DNA of 64,000 bases from positions 1,344,001 to 1,408,000 of the forward strand of contig CAVSGM010000002.1 of assembly GCA_963727485.1 (NCBI GenBank). The letters run 5' to 3'. Below are positions 10,956 through 21,181 of the stretch, piece by piece (the stretch's first letter is position 1; each line of letters starts with the position of its first letter). Below the pieces are notes generated by a model, which saw only the letters and a program-made list of their open reading frames with translations, did not search any database and was not told where the DNA came from. This DNA is from an uncultured delta proteobacterium (GTDB taxonomy: Bacteria; Myxococcota; Myxococcia; SLRQ01). The translations under genes and the position numbers were made by a program.

Positions 10956-11444
10956 ATGGCAGAGGTCACCTTCCGCTCGATCCTGGTCCCCCTGGACTTC
11001 TCGGCGTCGAGCGAGCACGCCGTGCGCGTGGGCGCGAGCCTCGCCGGGCGCTACGCCGCCAAGCTGACCCTGCTCCACGTGGTCCACCTGCCGATGCCGG
11101 TGCCCACCTTCGACGGCACCGACGTCATCGTCGACTACGAGGTCCTCACCAAGCACTCCGAGGAGGCGGCCCGCACCGAGCTCGGCCGGCTCCTCGAGGT
11201 CACGGGCCTCACCGGGAAGGTCGACGTCCGCATCGAGATCGGCGACCCGGTCACCACCATCCTCGACGTCATCGAGGACCGGCAGGTGGACCTGGTGGTG
11301 ATGGGCACCCATGGACGCACCGGGCTCTCCCGGCTCATCATGGGCAGCGTCACCGACCGCATCCTCCGCACCGCCCCCTGCCCGGTCCTGGCCGTCCGTG
11401 AGGAGGCGGGCGCCGAGGCCCCCACCGAGAAGACCACGCCATGA
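10956..11444 (+). CDS. Universal stress protein
   Basis: ILVPLDFS...VMGTHGRTGLSRLIMGSVTDRILRTAPCPVL. Confidence 0.93.
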   Translation: MAEVTFRSILVPLDFSASSEHAVRVGASLAGRYAAKLTLLHVVHLPMPVPTFDGTDVIVDYEVLTKHSEEAARTELGRLLEVTGLTGKVDVRIEIGDPVTTILDVIEDRQVDLVVMGTHGRTGLSRLIMGSVTDRILRTAPCPVLAVREEAGAEAPTEKTTP

Positions 11445-12811
11445 GCCTCGACCTCACCCCCGAGCTGATCACCCGGATGGACCGCCCCGGCCCCCGGTAC
11501 ACCAGCTACCCCACCGCCCCGGTGTTCTCGCCGACCTTCGGCGAGGTGGCCTACGCCGACGCCCTCAAGGCCGCCGGCCAGAGCGACGCGCCCCTCAAGC
11601 TCTACGTCCACCTGCCCTTCTGCGAGCGCCTGTGCACCTACTGCGCCTGCAACGTGGTGGTGCGAAAGCACATCGGGCTCGCCGCCGACCCCTACGTCGC
11701 CCGGGTGATGCAGGAGGCCGACCTGGTGCTGGCCCACCTCGGGCACGGCAAGCCGGTGGCGCGCCTCCACCTCGGCGGCGGCACCCCCAACTACCTGATG
11801 CGGCCCCAGATGATGCAGCTGCTCGCCGGGCTGCGCGAGCGCTTCGCCTTCACCGACGACGCCGAGCTCTCGTTGGAGGTCGACCCCCGCCACGTCGAGG
11901 ACGGGCAGCTCGCGTGGCTGCGGAGCCTGGGGTTCAACCGGGTCTCCTTCGGGATCCAGGACTTCGACCAGGACGTGCAGCAGGCCATCGGCCGGCGCCA
12001 GACCCTCGAGGAGACCCTCCGGGCCATCTCCGACGCACGGGCCGCGGGCTTTAAGAGCGTGAACGTCGACCTGGTCTACGGCCTCCCGGGCCAGGACCGC
12101 GAGCGCTTCGGCCGCACCCTCGACCGGGTGCTGGAGATCCGCCCGGACCGCCTGGCGATCTTCTCCTTCGCCTACGTCCCCGAGGTGAAGCCGCACCAGA
12201 AGAAGCTCCCCGCCGACCGGATGCCCGGGCCGCTGGACAAGGCCGCGTTCCTGGTCGACGCCATGACCCGGCTGGTGGACGCGGGCTACGTGCAGGTGGG
12301 CATGGACCACTTCGCGCTCCCCGACGACGCCCTCGCCCGCTCCTACCGGGACGGGTCGCTCCAGCGCAGCTTCCAGGGCTACGAGCCGGGGCCGGCGATG
12401 GACACCCTGGGCCTGGGGCTCACCTCCATCGGCGACATCGGCGGCGCCTACGTCCAGAACCACCACCGGCTGCGCGAGTACGAGGCCGCCGTCGACGCCG
12501 GGATCCTCCCGGTGGAGCGCGGCTGGACCCGCACCGTCGAGGACGAGATCCGGCGCACCGCCATCTGGGACCTGATGTGCCGGTTCCGCCTCGACTACCG
12601 GGGCTTCGCCGACCGCTTCGAGGTGGACCACGACGCCTACTTCGGCGAGGCCCACGCCGCCCTCGAGCACCTGGCCGACGAGGGGCTGGTGGAGCTGAAG
12701 GACGCCGGGGTCGAGGTCACCGAGCTCGGGCGGGTGTTCGTGCGCAACGTGGCGATGATCTACGACGCGTACCTGCCCGGGCAGCGGGCGAAGTTCTCCC
12801 GGACGGTCTGA
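11441..12811 (+). CDS. hemN: Oxygen-independent coproporphyrinogen III oxidase
   Basis: GPRYTSYPTA, YVHLPFCERLCTYCAC radical-SAM motif, GGGTP, GMDHFA. Confidence 0.93.
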   Translation: MSLDLTPELITRMDRPGPRYTSYPTAPVFSPTFGEVAYADALKAAGQSDAPLKLYVHLPFCERLCTYCACNVVVRKHIGLAADPYVARVMQEADLVLAHLGHGKPVARLHLGGGTPNYLMRPQMMQLLAGLRERFAFTDDAELSLEVDPRHVEDGQLAWLRSLGFNRVSFGIQDFDQDVQQAIGRRQTLEETLRAISDARAAGFKSVNVDLVYGLPGQDRERFGRTLDRVLEIRPDRLAIFSFAYVPEVKPHQKKLPADRMPGPLDKAAFLVDAMTRLVDAGYVQVGMDHFALPDDALARSYRDGSLQRSFQGYEPGPAMDTLGLGLTSIGDIGGAYVQNHHRLREYEAAVDAGILPVERGWTRTVEDEIRRTAIWDLMCRFRLDYRGFADRFEVDHDAYFGEAHAALEHLADEGLVELKDAGVEVTELGRVFVRNVAMIYDAYLPGQRAKFSRTV

Positions 12812-12852
12812 GCCGATGCGCCGGCGCCGCCGGTCCGGGCAGGTCCCGGGCT

Positions 12853-13021
12853 GCGGGGGCGTCACCGGGGCGACGACCCGTCACCTGCCGGTGGGGGCTC
12901 CGAGGCCGGGTTCGGCGTGCACGTTTGATCCGGCGCCGGAGGCCCTCTTCCGGCTGGGATCCGTCCCACTCGGCGCCTGAACGCTTCAGACGAGCACCCG
13001 CCGCGCGTCGGCGTCCCCCGC
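12853..13021. ncRNA. Candidate structured ncRNA (about 170-nt rod with internal loops, 6S-like size)
   Basis: Nested stems GCGGGGGCGTC/GGCGTCCCCCGC, GTTCGGCG/CGCCTGAAC, GATCC/GGATC and GCCGGA/TCCGGC, lying between convergent genes. Confidence 0.35.
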
Positions 13022-13045
13022 GCGTTTGCTGCGCCCGCGCAATCG

Positions 13046-13927
13046 TCAGCCCTGGTCCTGCCCCCGCGCCGCCACGAAGATCGCGCTCATGTCCGCGTCG
13101 GTCTCGCCGGCGGCCTCGGCCCGCTCGAAGAGCCTCGCCACCGCGGCGGTGGTCTCTGCCTTCAGGCCCGCGCCCCCGGCGGCCTCGAGGACCAGGCGCG
13201 CGTCCTTGAGGGCGAGGCGCAGGGGGAAGCTGGTCTCGAAGTTCCGGGAGATCATCATCTTGCCCTTGAGCTGGGCGTAGGGGGCGTTGAGGGCTCCGCC
13301 GTCGATGGCGTCGAGGAAGGCCGCCGGGTCGACGCCGGTGGCCTCGGCAAACGCCAGGGTGTCGGCCAGGACCCCGAGGAGGCCCACCAGCCACCCGTTG
13401 ATCACCAGCTTGAGGCGGCTCCCCTCGCCGGCGGCGCCGAGCCACCGCACCCGCTTGCCCACCACCTCGAAGATCGGCGCGCAGGTGGCCCGGGCCGCCT
13501 CGGGGCCCGAGGCGAGGACCAAGAGCTCCCCGCGCTCGGCGGGGGCCTTGGTGCCCAGGACCGGGGCGTCGACGAAGACGACCCGGGCGTCCTCGGCGGC
13601 GGCGGCGAAGCGCCCGGTCCAGGGGACGCCCACGGTGCCCATCTGGACCCAGGTGGTGCCCGGGGCCATGGCCTTCAGGGCCCCCGAGGCGAGGATGGCC
13701 TCCTCGGTGGCCGGGCCGTCGGAGAGGACGGAGAGGACCACCCGGGCGCCGGCCACCGCCTCGGCGGGGGTCTCGCACACGGTGGCGCCGTGGGCCTCGA
13801 GGGGCGCGGCCTTGGCGCGGGTGCGGTTCCACACCCGGAGGGGGAAGCCGGCGTCGGCGAGGCGGGCGGCCATGGCGCCCCCCATGATGCCGAGGCCGAG
13901 GACGGCGAGCTGGGGCTTTTCGGACAT
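13046..13927 (-). CDS. NAD(P)-dependent oxidoreductase, 3-hydroxyisobutyrate dehydrogenase family
   Basis: LGLGIMG, WNRT, FVDAPVLG, catalytic KLVIN. Confidence 0.9.
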   Translation of the reverse strand: MSEKPQLAVLGLGIMGGAMAARLADAGFPLRVWNRTRAKAAPLEAHGATVCETPAEAVAGARVVLSVLSDGPATEEAILASGALKAMAPGTTWVQMGTVGVPWTGRFAAAAEDARVVFVDAPVLGTKAPAERGELLVLASGPEAARATCAPIFEVVGKRVRWLGAAGEGSRLKLVINGWLVGLLGVLADTLAFAEATGVDPAAFLDAIDGGALNAPYAQLKGKMMISRNFETSFPLRLALKDARLVLEAAGGAGLKAETTAAVARLFERAEAAGETDADMSAIFVAARGQDQG

Positions 13928-14020
13928 GGGGGGACGTTAGGACGGACCGGGTCGGTCCGCCACACGGGGGCCGCGGGCGGGGCGGCGCGGGGGACGCCGG
14001 GGTCGGACGGGGCGGCGAGC

Positions 14021-14431
14021 CTAGGCCGCCGGGTCCTCGGAGGCCTTCTTCCGACCGAAGAGCCGGGAGAGCAGGCCCCGGCCCTCGGCCTTGGCCACGA
14101 GCCAGTCGACCTTCTTCGCCAGGCGGGCTCCGTCCAGGGTCCCCACGTGGACGTCGACGACCTCCCCCCGGTTCACGAACAGGAGGGTGGGGATCGAGCG
14201 CACGTGGAAGGCGTCGCCGAGGGCCGGGTGGGCCTCGGTGTCGATCTTGTAGAAGCCGACGCCGCGGTCCTGGTACTCGGTGGCCACCGCCTCGAAGTGC
14301 GGGGCCATGGCCTTGCAGGGGACGCACCAGGGGGCCCAGAGGTCGATGACCCCGGGACCTGCGTCCGGGGACATGATCGCCTCGACGCTGGCGGGGGAGG
14401 TGAGGTTCCGATAGGGGCTGTGCTTTGCCAT
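14021..14431 (-). CDS. Thioredoxin family protein
   Basis: WAPWCVPCK, VRSIPTL. Confidence 0.9.
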   Translation of the reverse strand: MAKHSPYRNLTSPASVEAIMSPDAGPGVIDLWAPWCVPCKAMAPHFEAVATEYQDRGVGFYKIDTEAHPALGDAFHVRSIPTLLFVNRGEVVDVHVGTLDGARLAKKVDWLVAKAEGRGLLSRLFGRKKASEDPAA

Positions 14432-14453
14432 TTGTCGCACAGCCTAGTCCCGA

Positions 14454-15236
14454 TCAGCGCGGCGGCTCGATGAGGGCAAAGACCGCCCCCTGGGGATCGG
14501 TGAGGACCGCGAAGCGCCCCACCCCCTCCACGCGCTGGGCCGCGACGTTGACGCTGCCCCCCTCGCCCTCGGCGGTGCGCACCGCGGCGTCGAGGTCCTC
14601 CACCCGGAAGTAGGTCAGCCAGCTCGCCGGGACCCCCTCGAGGCCCTCGGGCATGGCCATCATCCCCGCCACCGAGGTGTCGCCGAGCAGCAGCTCCGTG
14701 TACTCGCCCCCCTCGGCCAGGGGCGCGGTCCGCGCCTTCCAGTCGAAGAAGCCGCCGTAGAAGCGCTGCATCGCCGTGACGTCCCGGGTGAGCACCTCGA
14801 ACCAGACCGGGGCCCCCGGGGCCTGGCCCAGATCGGCGAAGCCCGGGTGTCCGGCCGCCTGGAAGAGGCCGAGGGTGGCGCCGTCCGGGTCCTGGAGGAC
14901 GGCGAGGGTCCCCGCCTCGGGCACCTCCAGGGGCCCGGCGAGCACCGTGGCCCCGAGGCCCCGGGCGCGCGCCACCGCCGAGGGGCAGTCGTCGACGGCC
15001 ACGTAGGGCAGCCAGCTCGGGGGCCGTCCGGCGAGCTGCTCGTCGACGTCCTCCTCGTAGACGGCGCCCACGTCGCCCTGGCCCTGGCGCAGGAAGGTGT
15101 AGGTCCCGCCCCCGGGCATCTCGGTGTGGAAGGTCTTCCACCCGAAGAGCCGGCCGTAGAAGCGACCGGCGGCGGCCGGGTCGGTGGTGGCGAGCTCCAG
15201 CCAGCAGAACGTCCCCTGAGGGTGCAGTCGGGCCAT
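14454..15236 (-). CDS. VOC/glyoxalase family two-domain protein
   Basis: FCWLELATTDP...FYGRLFGW...DPDGA, repeated as WFEV...FYGGFFDW...DPQGA. Confidence 0.9.
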   Translation of the reverse strand: MARLHPQGTFCWLELATTDPAAAGRFYGRLFGWKTFHTEMPGGGTYTFLRQGQGDVGAVYEEDVDEQLAGRPPSWLPYVAVDDCPSAVARARGLGATVLAGPLEVPEAGTLAVLQDPDGATLGLFQAAGHPGFADLGQAPGAPVWFEVLTRDVTAMQRFYGGFFDWKARTAPLAEGGEYTELLLGDTSVAGMMAMPEGLEGVPASWLTYFRVEDLDAAVRTAEGEGGSVNVAAQRVEGVGRFAVLTDPQGAVFALIEPPR

Positions 15237-15374
15237 GGGCGGTCCCCCTTTCGGCGCGAAACTAGCCACCCGCCCGGGCCGTGGAAGCGGGGAGACTGAC
15301 CGGGAACGCTTGTCCCCGGGGGCTGGGAGTGCTACCCGGGGGCCCGAAGTCGGACCCTCGCCAAGGAGACATCG

Positions 15375-16982
15375 ATGCGCCGCATCGCCCCCGTCGTCCT
15401 CGCTGCCGCCGTCTTCCTCCTCCCCGCCGGGTGCGCCCACGCACCCAAGGGAGGCACCGCGGCCCCCACCAAGAAAGCCTCGCCCCAGGCCATCAAGCAG
15501 TTCGACCGGGTCCGGGCCGAGATCCACGCGGCCTTCGAGGCCATCCCCAAGAGCTACGGGGCCGACCCCGTCGGGGAGCTGGAGAAGATCGGGGAGGCCA
15601 CCAAGCGGATGCAGGCCGCCGAGGCCGCCCTCACCCCCGACCTCAAGGGGCTGGCGACCTACCCGACCCTGACCACCAACCTCGCCGCCCTGAAGCACAA
15701 GATCCAGGAGGCGACGCTCATCCAGCACTGCTCCGCGGCGCGGCGCCACATCCTCGAGCGCCACCACGCCGGCCACAAGGCCTCCACCCCCGAGCTCAAG
15801 ACCTTGAGCGACGCGGTGGCCGCCCTCGACGCCTTCGAGCCCAAGGCCGACAAGGACGTGGTGGTCCCGTGGAAGACCGAGCTGGCGCGCCTGGAGAAGG
15901 AGAACGACAAGATCGTTCCCCTGCGCACCCAGATCCCCGGGCCCCCCCGGACCCCGCCGGAGCAGGCGCGCTACGACGCCCACATGACCACCGCCTCCGC
16001 GGCGGCCAACAAGGCCCTGGCGGCGGTGGTCGCCGACGCCAAGAAGCCCGGGCCCCTGCCCGCCGCCGACCTCACCGCCCTGGCCACCGCCGCCGGGCAG
16101 GTCAAGTCGGTGGACCCCAAGGCCGCCCGCTACTACCTCCACCGCCTCGAGGCCTTCCACCTCGTCAGCGACCTGCGAGAGGGCAGCGCCGCCGGGGCCA
16201 AGGCCATGGCCGACCGCCTCGGCGGGACGGTGGCCAGGCAGGGGAAGACCCGGGGCCGGCGCCTGCGGGTGACGCTGAAGGGCGAGAAGGACACCTGCTA
16301 CACCCTCTTCGCCCCGGCGGGGACGAAGTTCCGCCCGGCGCGCGCCAAGGACGCCCACGGCTACACCATCGACGACGCCACCTACGACGGCCTCGCCGCC
16401 ACCGGCACCTGCCTCATGGGCGCCTCCTCGGTGCGCCTCGAGGCCGCCACCCCCCGCAAGGCGCCGTACGTGGTCGTGGCCATCCCCCGGGCGAAGATGC
16501 CGCTGTTCCTGGCCACCTACCTCGCCCTGAACCCCGGCGACCCCTGCAACCTCGCCCAGTGGAAGGACGAGTGGCTCCACCCCATCCCCGGCACCGTGGT
16601 CTGGGGCGGCGGCGAGCCCTACCTGGTGACCAAGGTCAGCCCCCCGGCGCAGAAGATCGTCGGGCTCACCACCACCAGCGGCGGCCACGTCCGGGCCACC
16701 AAGCTCCAGCTCGTCGACGACGCGCCCCCGACGGTGAAGTACGCCACCCCGGTGCTCTTCCCCGGGTGCGACGGCTCCCGGGCCCGGCCGGGGATCGACA
16801 GGAAGTTCACCGCCGCGGTCCAGGAGATCCGCCAGGCCTGGAGCACCCACCCGATCCGGGCGCCCTTCGATCGGGCCGGCGAGATGTACGACCACGGCCG
16901 CGCCTGGGTCAGCGGGCACAGCCCCGACGCCAAGGCCAAGAAGGCCGCGGCGCCGGCGAAGCAGGCCCCGGCCAAGAAGTAG
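15375..16982 (+). CDS. Hypothetical lipoprotein
   Basis: AAGGAG RBS, lipobox LPAGC, strong codon bias; helical N-terminal half; no family recognised. Confidence 0.8.
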   Translation: MRRIAPVVLAAAVFLLPAGCAHAPKGGTAAPTKKASPQAIKQFDRVRAEIHAAFEAIPKSYGADPVGELEKIGEATKRMQAAEAALTPDLKGLATYPTLTTNLAALKHKIQEATLIQHCSAARRHILERHHAGHKASTPELKTLSDAVAALDAFEPKADKDVVVPWKTELARLEKENDKIVPLRTQIPGPPRTPPEQARYDAHMTTASAAANKALAAVVADAKKPGPLPAADLTALATAAGQVKSVDPKAARYYLHRLEAFHLVSDLREGSAAGAKAMADRLGGTVARQGKTRGRRLRVTLKGEKDTCYTLFAPAGTKFRPARAKDAHGYTIDDATYDGLAATGTCLMGASSVRLEAATPRKAPYVVVAIPRAKMPLFLATYLALNPGDPCNLAQWKDEWLHPIPGTVVWGGGEPYLVTKVSPPAQKIVGLTTTSGGHVRATKLQLVDDAPPTVKYATPVLFPGCDGSRARPGIDRKFTAAVQEIRQAWSTHPIRAPFDRAGEMYDHGRAWVSGHSPDAKAKKAAAPAKQAPAKK

Positions 16983-17240
16983 GCGGCCCTCGAGGCCGAC
17001 CTCGGCTCCCGGCAGACACCGGGGCCGCGCCCGCGGGGCGGCGGATTGACGGATCCCCGCCCCGCGTCGCGTTCCGTCGCCTGTGGCCGCCGTGCCCGGA
17101 GGGCGGGCCCTACTTGCCGGGCGGCGGCGGGGCGCGGGCCCCCGCCGGCGAGGCCGAGGGCGACCCCGGCGAGAAGGGCCAGCCGCCAGCCGGGACGGTG
17201 GCGAAACAGCGAGGCCATGGGCGTCTCCAGGGCGGGCGCT

Positions 17241-19076
17241 TCAGGCCGGCGGCGGCGCCGGCGGGGTCTCTAGCTGGGGTGCCTCGGCGGCGGGCTCCGC
17301 CTCGGCGTACATCGACTCGAGGATGTCGGCGAAGTGCGCGTCCACCACCCGCCGCTTGATCTTCAGGCTGGGGGTGAGCTCGCCGTCCTCCACGGTGAAG
17401 TCCCGGGGGAGGATCCGGAACTTGCGCACGTGCTCCACCCGGGCGAAGCGGGCGTTGACCGCGTCGACGCCCCGCTGCACCTCGGCGACCACCTGGGGGT
17501 GCCGGTGGAGCGCCTCGCCGGTGATCCCCTCGGCGGTGGCGAAGCGCGAGAGGGCCTCGGGGTCGAGGGTGAGAAGCGCCACCAGGTAGCGGCGCTTGTC
17601 CCCGTGGAGCACCGCCTGGCTGACCAGCGGGAGCTGCTTGAGGGCGTTCTCGATGTTCGCCGGGGCGATGTTCTTCCCGCCGGCGGTGATGATGATGTCC
17701 TTCTTGCGGCCGGTGATGTGGAGGAAGCCCTGGGCGTCGATGCGGCCGAGGTCCCCGGAGTGGAGCCAGCCGGCCTCGAGGGTCTCGGCGGTGAGCTCGG
17801 GGTCCTTGTAGTAGCCGAGGAAGACGTTGCGACCCCGGACCAGGATCTCGTCGTCCTCGGCGATGCGGATCTCGGTGCCGGGGAAGGGCGGGCCCACCGA
17901 CCCCAGGCGGGTGCGCCCGGGCTGGTTGAAGCTGGTGGGGCCGCAGTCCTCGCTCTGGCCGTAGACCTCCTGGACCACCAGGTCGATCCCGGTGAAGAAC
18001 TCGAGGACCTCCCGGGCGATGGGGGCGGCGCCGGAGACGCAGACCCGGGCCCGGTCGAGGCCGATGGCCTCCTTGACCTTCTGGAACACCAGGCGGTCGG
18101 CGACGCGGTACTCCCAGGCGAGGCGGCCGCGGGGCTCGACGCCCTGCACCGTCCCCGTGTGGACCCGGCGGCCCACCTCCTGGGACCAGCTGGCGATGCC
18201 CGCCTTGACCCCGCTGGCCTCCTTGAGCTTGGCGGCGATGCCCGCGTAGAGCTTCTCCCAGATCCGCGGCACCCCGAAGATCACCGTGGGCCGGACCTCC
18301 CGGAGGTTCGCCGCCACCTGCTCCAGGCTCTCGGCAAACGAGATCTTCATCCCCGCGGTGATGGCGATGTGGATGGTGAACATCTGCTCGGCGATGTGGG
18401 AGAGCGGCAGGTAGGAGAGCGCCGAGTCGTCGGCGCCGGTGTCGTTGAGCCGCTGGGCCTGGGCCGAGGTCCACGCCAGGTTGTCGTGGGAGAGCATCAC
18501 CGCCTTGGCCGGGCCGGTGGTCCCCGAGGTGTAGATGAGGGTCGCCAGCCCGCCCGGCTCGAGGGCCTCGAGGCGCGCGTCCACCGCCTCCTCGCCGATG
18601 CGGTCGCCCTCGGCGAGGAACTCGGTCCAGGTGAGGGCCTCGGGGTCGTCGATGGGCTCGCACTCCCGCATGAGCACGATGCGGTGGAGGCCCGGGGTCT
18701 CGGCGCGCTCGGCCTTCACCTTCTCGTACTGGTGGCGGTTCTCCACGAGCACCAGGCGCGAGTCGGAGTGGCGGAGGATGTAGCCGACCTCCTCGTGGGA
18801 GCAGGTGGTGTAGATGCCCGCCGGCGCGGCGCCGACCATCATCGCCGCCACGTCGAAGATCACCCACTCGGGGCGGTTGAACCCGAGGATGGAGACGAAG
18901 CCCCCGGGCTCGAGGCCCAGCGCGATCATCGCCCGGGCGGCGCGGCGGACCTCGTCGGCGTAGGCGCGCCAGGTCACCTCCACCCAGGCGCCACCGCGCT
19001 TGTGGGCGTAGGCGACCCGCTCGGGGCTGGTGCGGGCGCGGTCGAGCAGACGCTTGGGGATCGAGTCGATGGCCAT
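17241..19076 (-). CDS. Long-chain fatty acid--CoA ligase (AMP-dependent synthetase)
   Basis: IYTSGTTGPAK, YLPLSHIAE, YGQSE, WLHSGDLG, GRKKDIIITAGGKN. Confidence 0.93.
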   Translation of the reverse strand: MAIDSIPKRLLDRARTSPERVAYAHKRGGAWVEVTWRAYADEVRRAARAMIALGLEPGGFVSILGFNRPEWVIFDVAAMMVGAAPAGIYTTCSHEEVGYILRHSDSRLVLVENRHQYEKVKAERAETPGLHRIVLMRECEPIDDPEALTWTEFLAEGDRIGEEAVDARLEALEPGGLATLIYTSGTTGPAKAVMLSHDNLAWTSAQAQRLNDTGADDSALSYLPLSHIAEQMFTIHIAITAGMKISFAESLEQVAANLREVRPTVIFGVPRIWEKLYAGIAAKLKEASGVKAGIASWSQEVGRRVHTGTVQGVEPRGRLAWEYRVADRLVFQKVKEAIGLDRARVCVSGAAPIAREVLEFFTGIDLVVQEVYGQSEDCGPTSFNQPGRTRLGSVGPPFPGTEIRIAEDDEILVRGRNVFLGYYKDPELTAETLEAGWLHSGDLGRIDAQGFLHITGRKKDIIITAGGKNIAPANIENALKQLPLVSQAVLHGDKRRYLVALLTLDPEALSRFATAEGITGEALHRHPQVVAEVQRGVDAVNARFARVEHVRKFRILPRDFTVEDGELTPSLKIKRRVVDAHFADILESMYAEAEPAAEAPQLETPPAPPPA

Positions 19077-19186
19077 GTTCATCCTCCGGCAGGTTTCCGC
19101 ACGTTATTGGCGCCCGGCGAGCGGGGCCAGGGGGCCGGCGGCGATCGGTCGCGGTTTCCTCGGGCCTTACCCGTCTCCCCGGGCCG

Positions 19187-19216
19187 TTGACGACTCGCTG
19201 CGTCAACGCCTAGGGT
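19187..19216 (+). promoter_or_regulatory. Putative sigma70 promoter of the lipase
   Basis: TTGACG-N18-TAGGGT, 10 nt before GTG 19227. Confidence 0.5.
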
Positions 19217-19226
19217 CGCCGCCACC

Positions 19227-20405
19227 GTGGGACGCCACTCGCCGAGGGGAGCCCGTCACCTGGGGGCCTTTGGCCTCGCCGTCCTCGCCGCCTGCGCCCT
19301 GGCCCTCGCCGGCTGCGGCGACGGCGCGGTGCTCACCCACACCGCGCCCCCGGGCCCGGACTCGGGGGGCGCCTGGAACGCCGGCGGCGACGGCGGCGGG
19401 CAGGCCGGGACCTTCCACCCGGTGGGGCCCATCGACCGCCCCCTGGCACCTCCGTCGGCCGGCGGCGGCACCGGCGGCACCGGGACCGGCGGCGACACGG
19501 GTGGTGGCGACCCCGCGGGCCACGGCCCCCCCTACCCCATCGTCCTGGTCCACGGGATGGGCGGCTTCGACACCCTGCGCCACCTGGGCCTCGGCTACTT
19601 CAACGGCGTCCGGACGACCTCCTCGCCCACGGGGTCAAGGACGTGTTCGTCACCGAGACCTCGCCCTACGACACCAGCGAGGTGCGGGCGAAGGAGCTCC
19701 AGGCCCAGATCGCCGACGATCCTCGCCAAGACCGGCGCCGCCAAGGTCGACCTCGTGGCCCACAGCCAGGGGGGCCTCGACGCGCGGATCCTCGCCAGCC
19801 CCGGGGGCCTCGGCGAGGCCTCGGAGATCGCCTCGATCACCATGATCGGCACCCCCAACCGGGGCACCCCCGTCGCCGACCTGGTGATGACGGCGCTGCG
19901 GAGCCCCTTCGGCGGGATCCTCGATCGGCTGACGGACGCGGTGCTCATGCTCCTCGAGCGCTCGGTCTACGACCTCAAGACCGACCCCAGGCTCCGGGCC
20001 CAGGTCGCCGAGCTGACCACCCGCCACATGACGAAGGTGTTCAACGCCGAGTACCCGGACGCCCCGGGGGTCGCGTACATGAGCTACGCCGGGCGCACCA
20101 ACTTCGAGACCGGGATCGGCGCCTGCGCCGGCTCGTTCTACCCCAACGAGCCGACGCAGCTCGACGCCGCCCAGGTGCCGCTCTTCCCCACGGCCCTCTA
20201 CCTCCAGGGGCTCACCGGCCGGGCCAACGACGGGATGGTGCCGGTGTCGAGCGCCCGGTGGGGCACCTTCCTGCGCTGCATCCCCGCGGACCACGGCCGG
20301 GAGGTCGGGCAGATCGACCTCACCGGCCCGGACCCCCTCACCGGCTTCGACCACCTGGCGTTCTACCGGCGGGTGGTGTCGCGACTGCGGGCCATGGGCT
20401 TCTAG
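19227..20405 (+). CDS. Lipoprotein triacylglycerol lipase/esterase (compensating frameshifts about 19615-19720)
   Basis: Lipobox LAGC, YPIVLVHGMGG, nucleophile AHSQGG, GTPNRGT, NDGMV, DH. Confidence 0.88.
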   Translation: MGRHSPRGARHLGAFGLAVLAACALALAGCGDGAVLTHTAPPGPDSGGAWNAGGDGGGQAGTFHPVGPIDRPLAPPSAGGGTGGTGTGGDTGGGDPAGHGPPYPIVLVHGMGGFDTLRHLGLGYFNGVRTTSSPTGSRTCSSPRPRPTTPARCGRRSSRPRSPTILAKTGAAKVDLVAHSQGGLDARILASPGGLGEASEIASITMIGTPNRGTPVADLVMTALRSPFGGILDRLTDAVLMLLERSVYDLKTDPRLRAQVAELTTRHMTKVFNAEYPDAPGVAYMSYAGRTNFETGIGACAGSFYPNEPTQLDAAQVPLFPTALYLQGLTGRANDGMVPVSSARWGTFLRCIPADHGREVGQIDLTGPDPLTGFDHLAFYRRVVSRLRAMGF

Positions 20406-21040
20406 CGCCGGCGCCGGCGGGCGAGCGGCAGCTCGAGCTGGGCCGCGGCCGCCGCCGGGGCGCGCCTCGCCGCCGGGCGCGCCGGGGCCCGCGCCCCACC
20501 GGAGCGGGGCACCGCCTCGGCCTTCCGGGTCGCCCGCCGCCGCGCCGGCGCCACCGCCAGCAGCTGGCGGGCGAGGCTCGACTCCCGGCGGAAGAAGCCC
20601 TCGGTGTGGAAGGAGTCGGCGAGCTGGAGCAGCTCGTAGTCGAGGTGGTGGCAGACCTCGTGGAGCAACGTGCGCAGGAAGGTCCGCGGCGCCACCACCC
20701 GGCCGCGGGCTGCGGTGCGCATCCACACCCGGATCACCGGCCGCTCGCCCTCGACGCGCTCGTAGAGGCCGTGGAGCTCCGCCGACGCCGACGCCGGGCG
20801 CCTCGTGAGGATGCGCACGGTGACCCCGGAAACCTCGAGCTCCCGGCAGAGCGCGGAGGTGAGCCGCCGCGCCGCCCGCTCCACCTCCCGGCGGTCGCCG
20901 AGGGCGAGGGCGTCGAAGATCGCCGCCACCTGCGCGCCGTGTCGCGCGGGGTCCGCGAGGAGCACGTCGGCCACCGCGTCACTGTGCCGGTAGATGGCCT
21001 GCTCACGCCGGGTGAGCCGATGGTAGTAGGCGTAGCGCAT
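20402..21040 (-). CDS. Hypothetical HExxH zinc-metalloprotease-like protein
   Basis: FLRTLLHEVCHHLD...SFHTEGF. Confidence 0.7.
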   Translation of the reverse strand: MRYAYYHRLTRREQAIYRHSDAVADVLLADPARHGAQVAAIFDALALGDRREVERAARRLTSALCRELEVSGVTVRILTRRPASASAELHGLYERVEGERPVIRVWMRTAARGRVVAPRTFLRTLLHEVCHHLDYELLQLADSFHTEGFFRRESSLARQLLAVAPARRRATRKAEAVPRSGGARAPARPAARRAPAAAAAQLELPLARRRRR

Positions 21041-21181
21041 CCTCGGGGTGCCCCATCCGGCAGGGTGGCGCGGGCGGGGATCCCGGGCAAGAGGTGGGGC
21101 GTTCCCCCGTGCGCTCAAGGGGCCGGAACCAGGGGCGCCGGGCGGTGAGAAATCTCCCGGGCCCCCGGGTGCGGCCGCCGG

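Noticed and set aside
16983..17218. Minus-strand ORF with GGAG RBS and signal-like start (MASLFRHRPGWRLALLAG)
   Set aside because: Loses codon bias quickly and runs antisense into the lipoprotein gene; at most a gene remnant.
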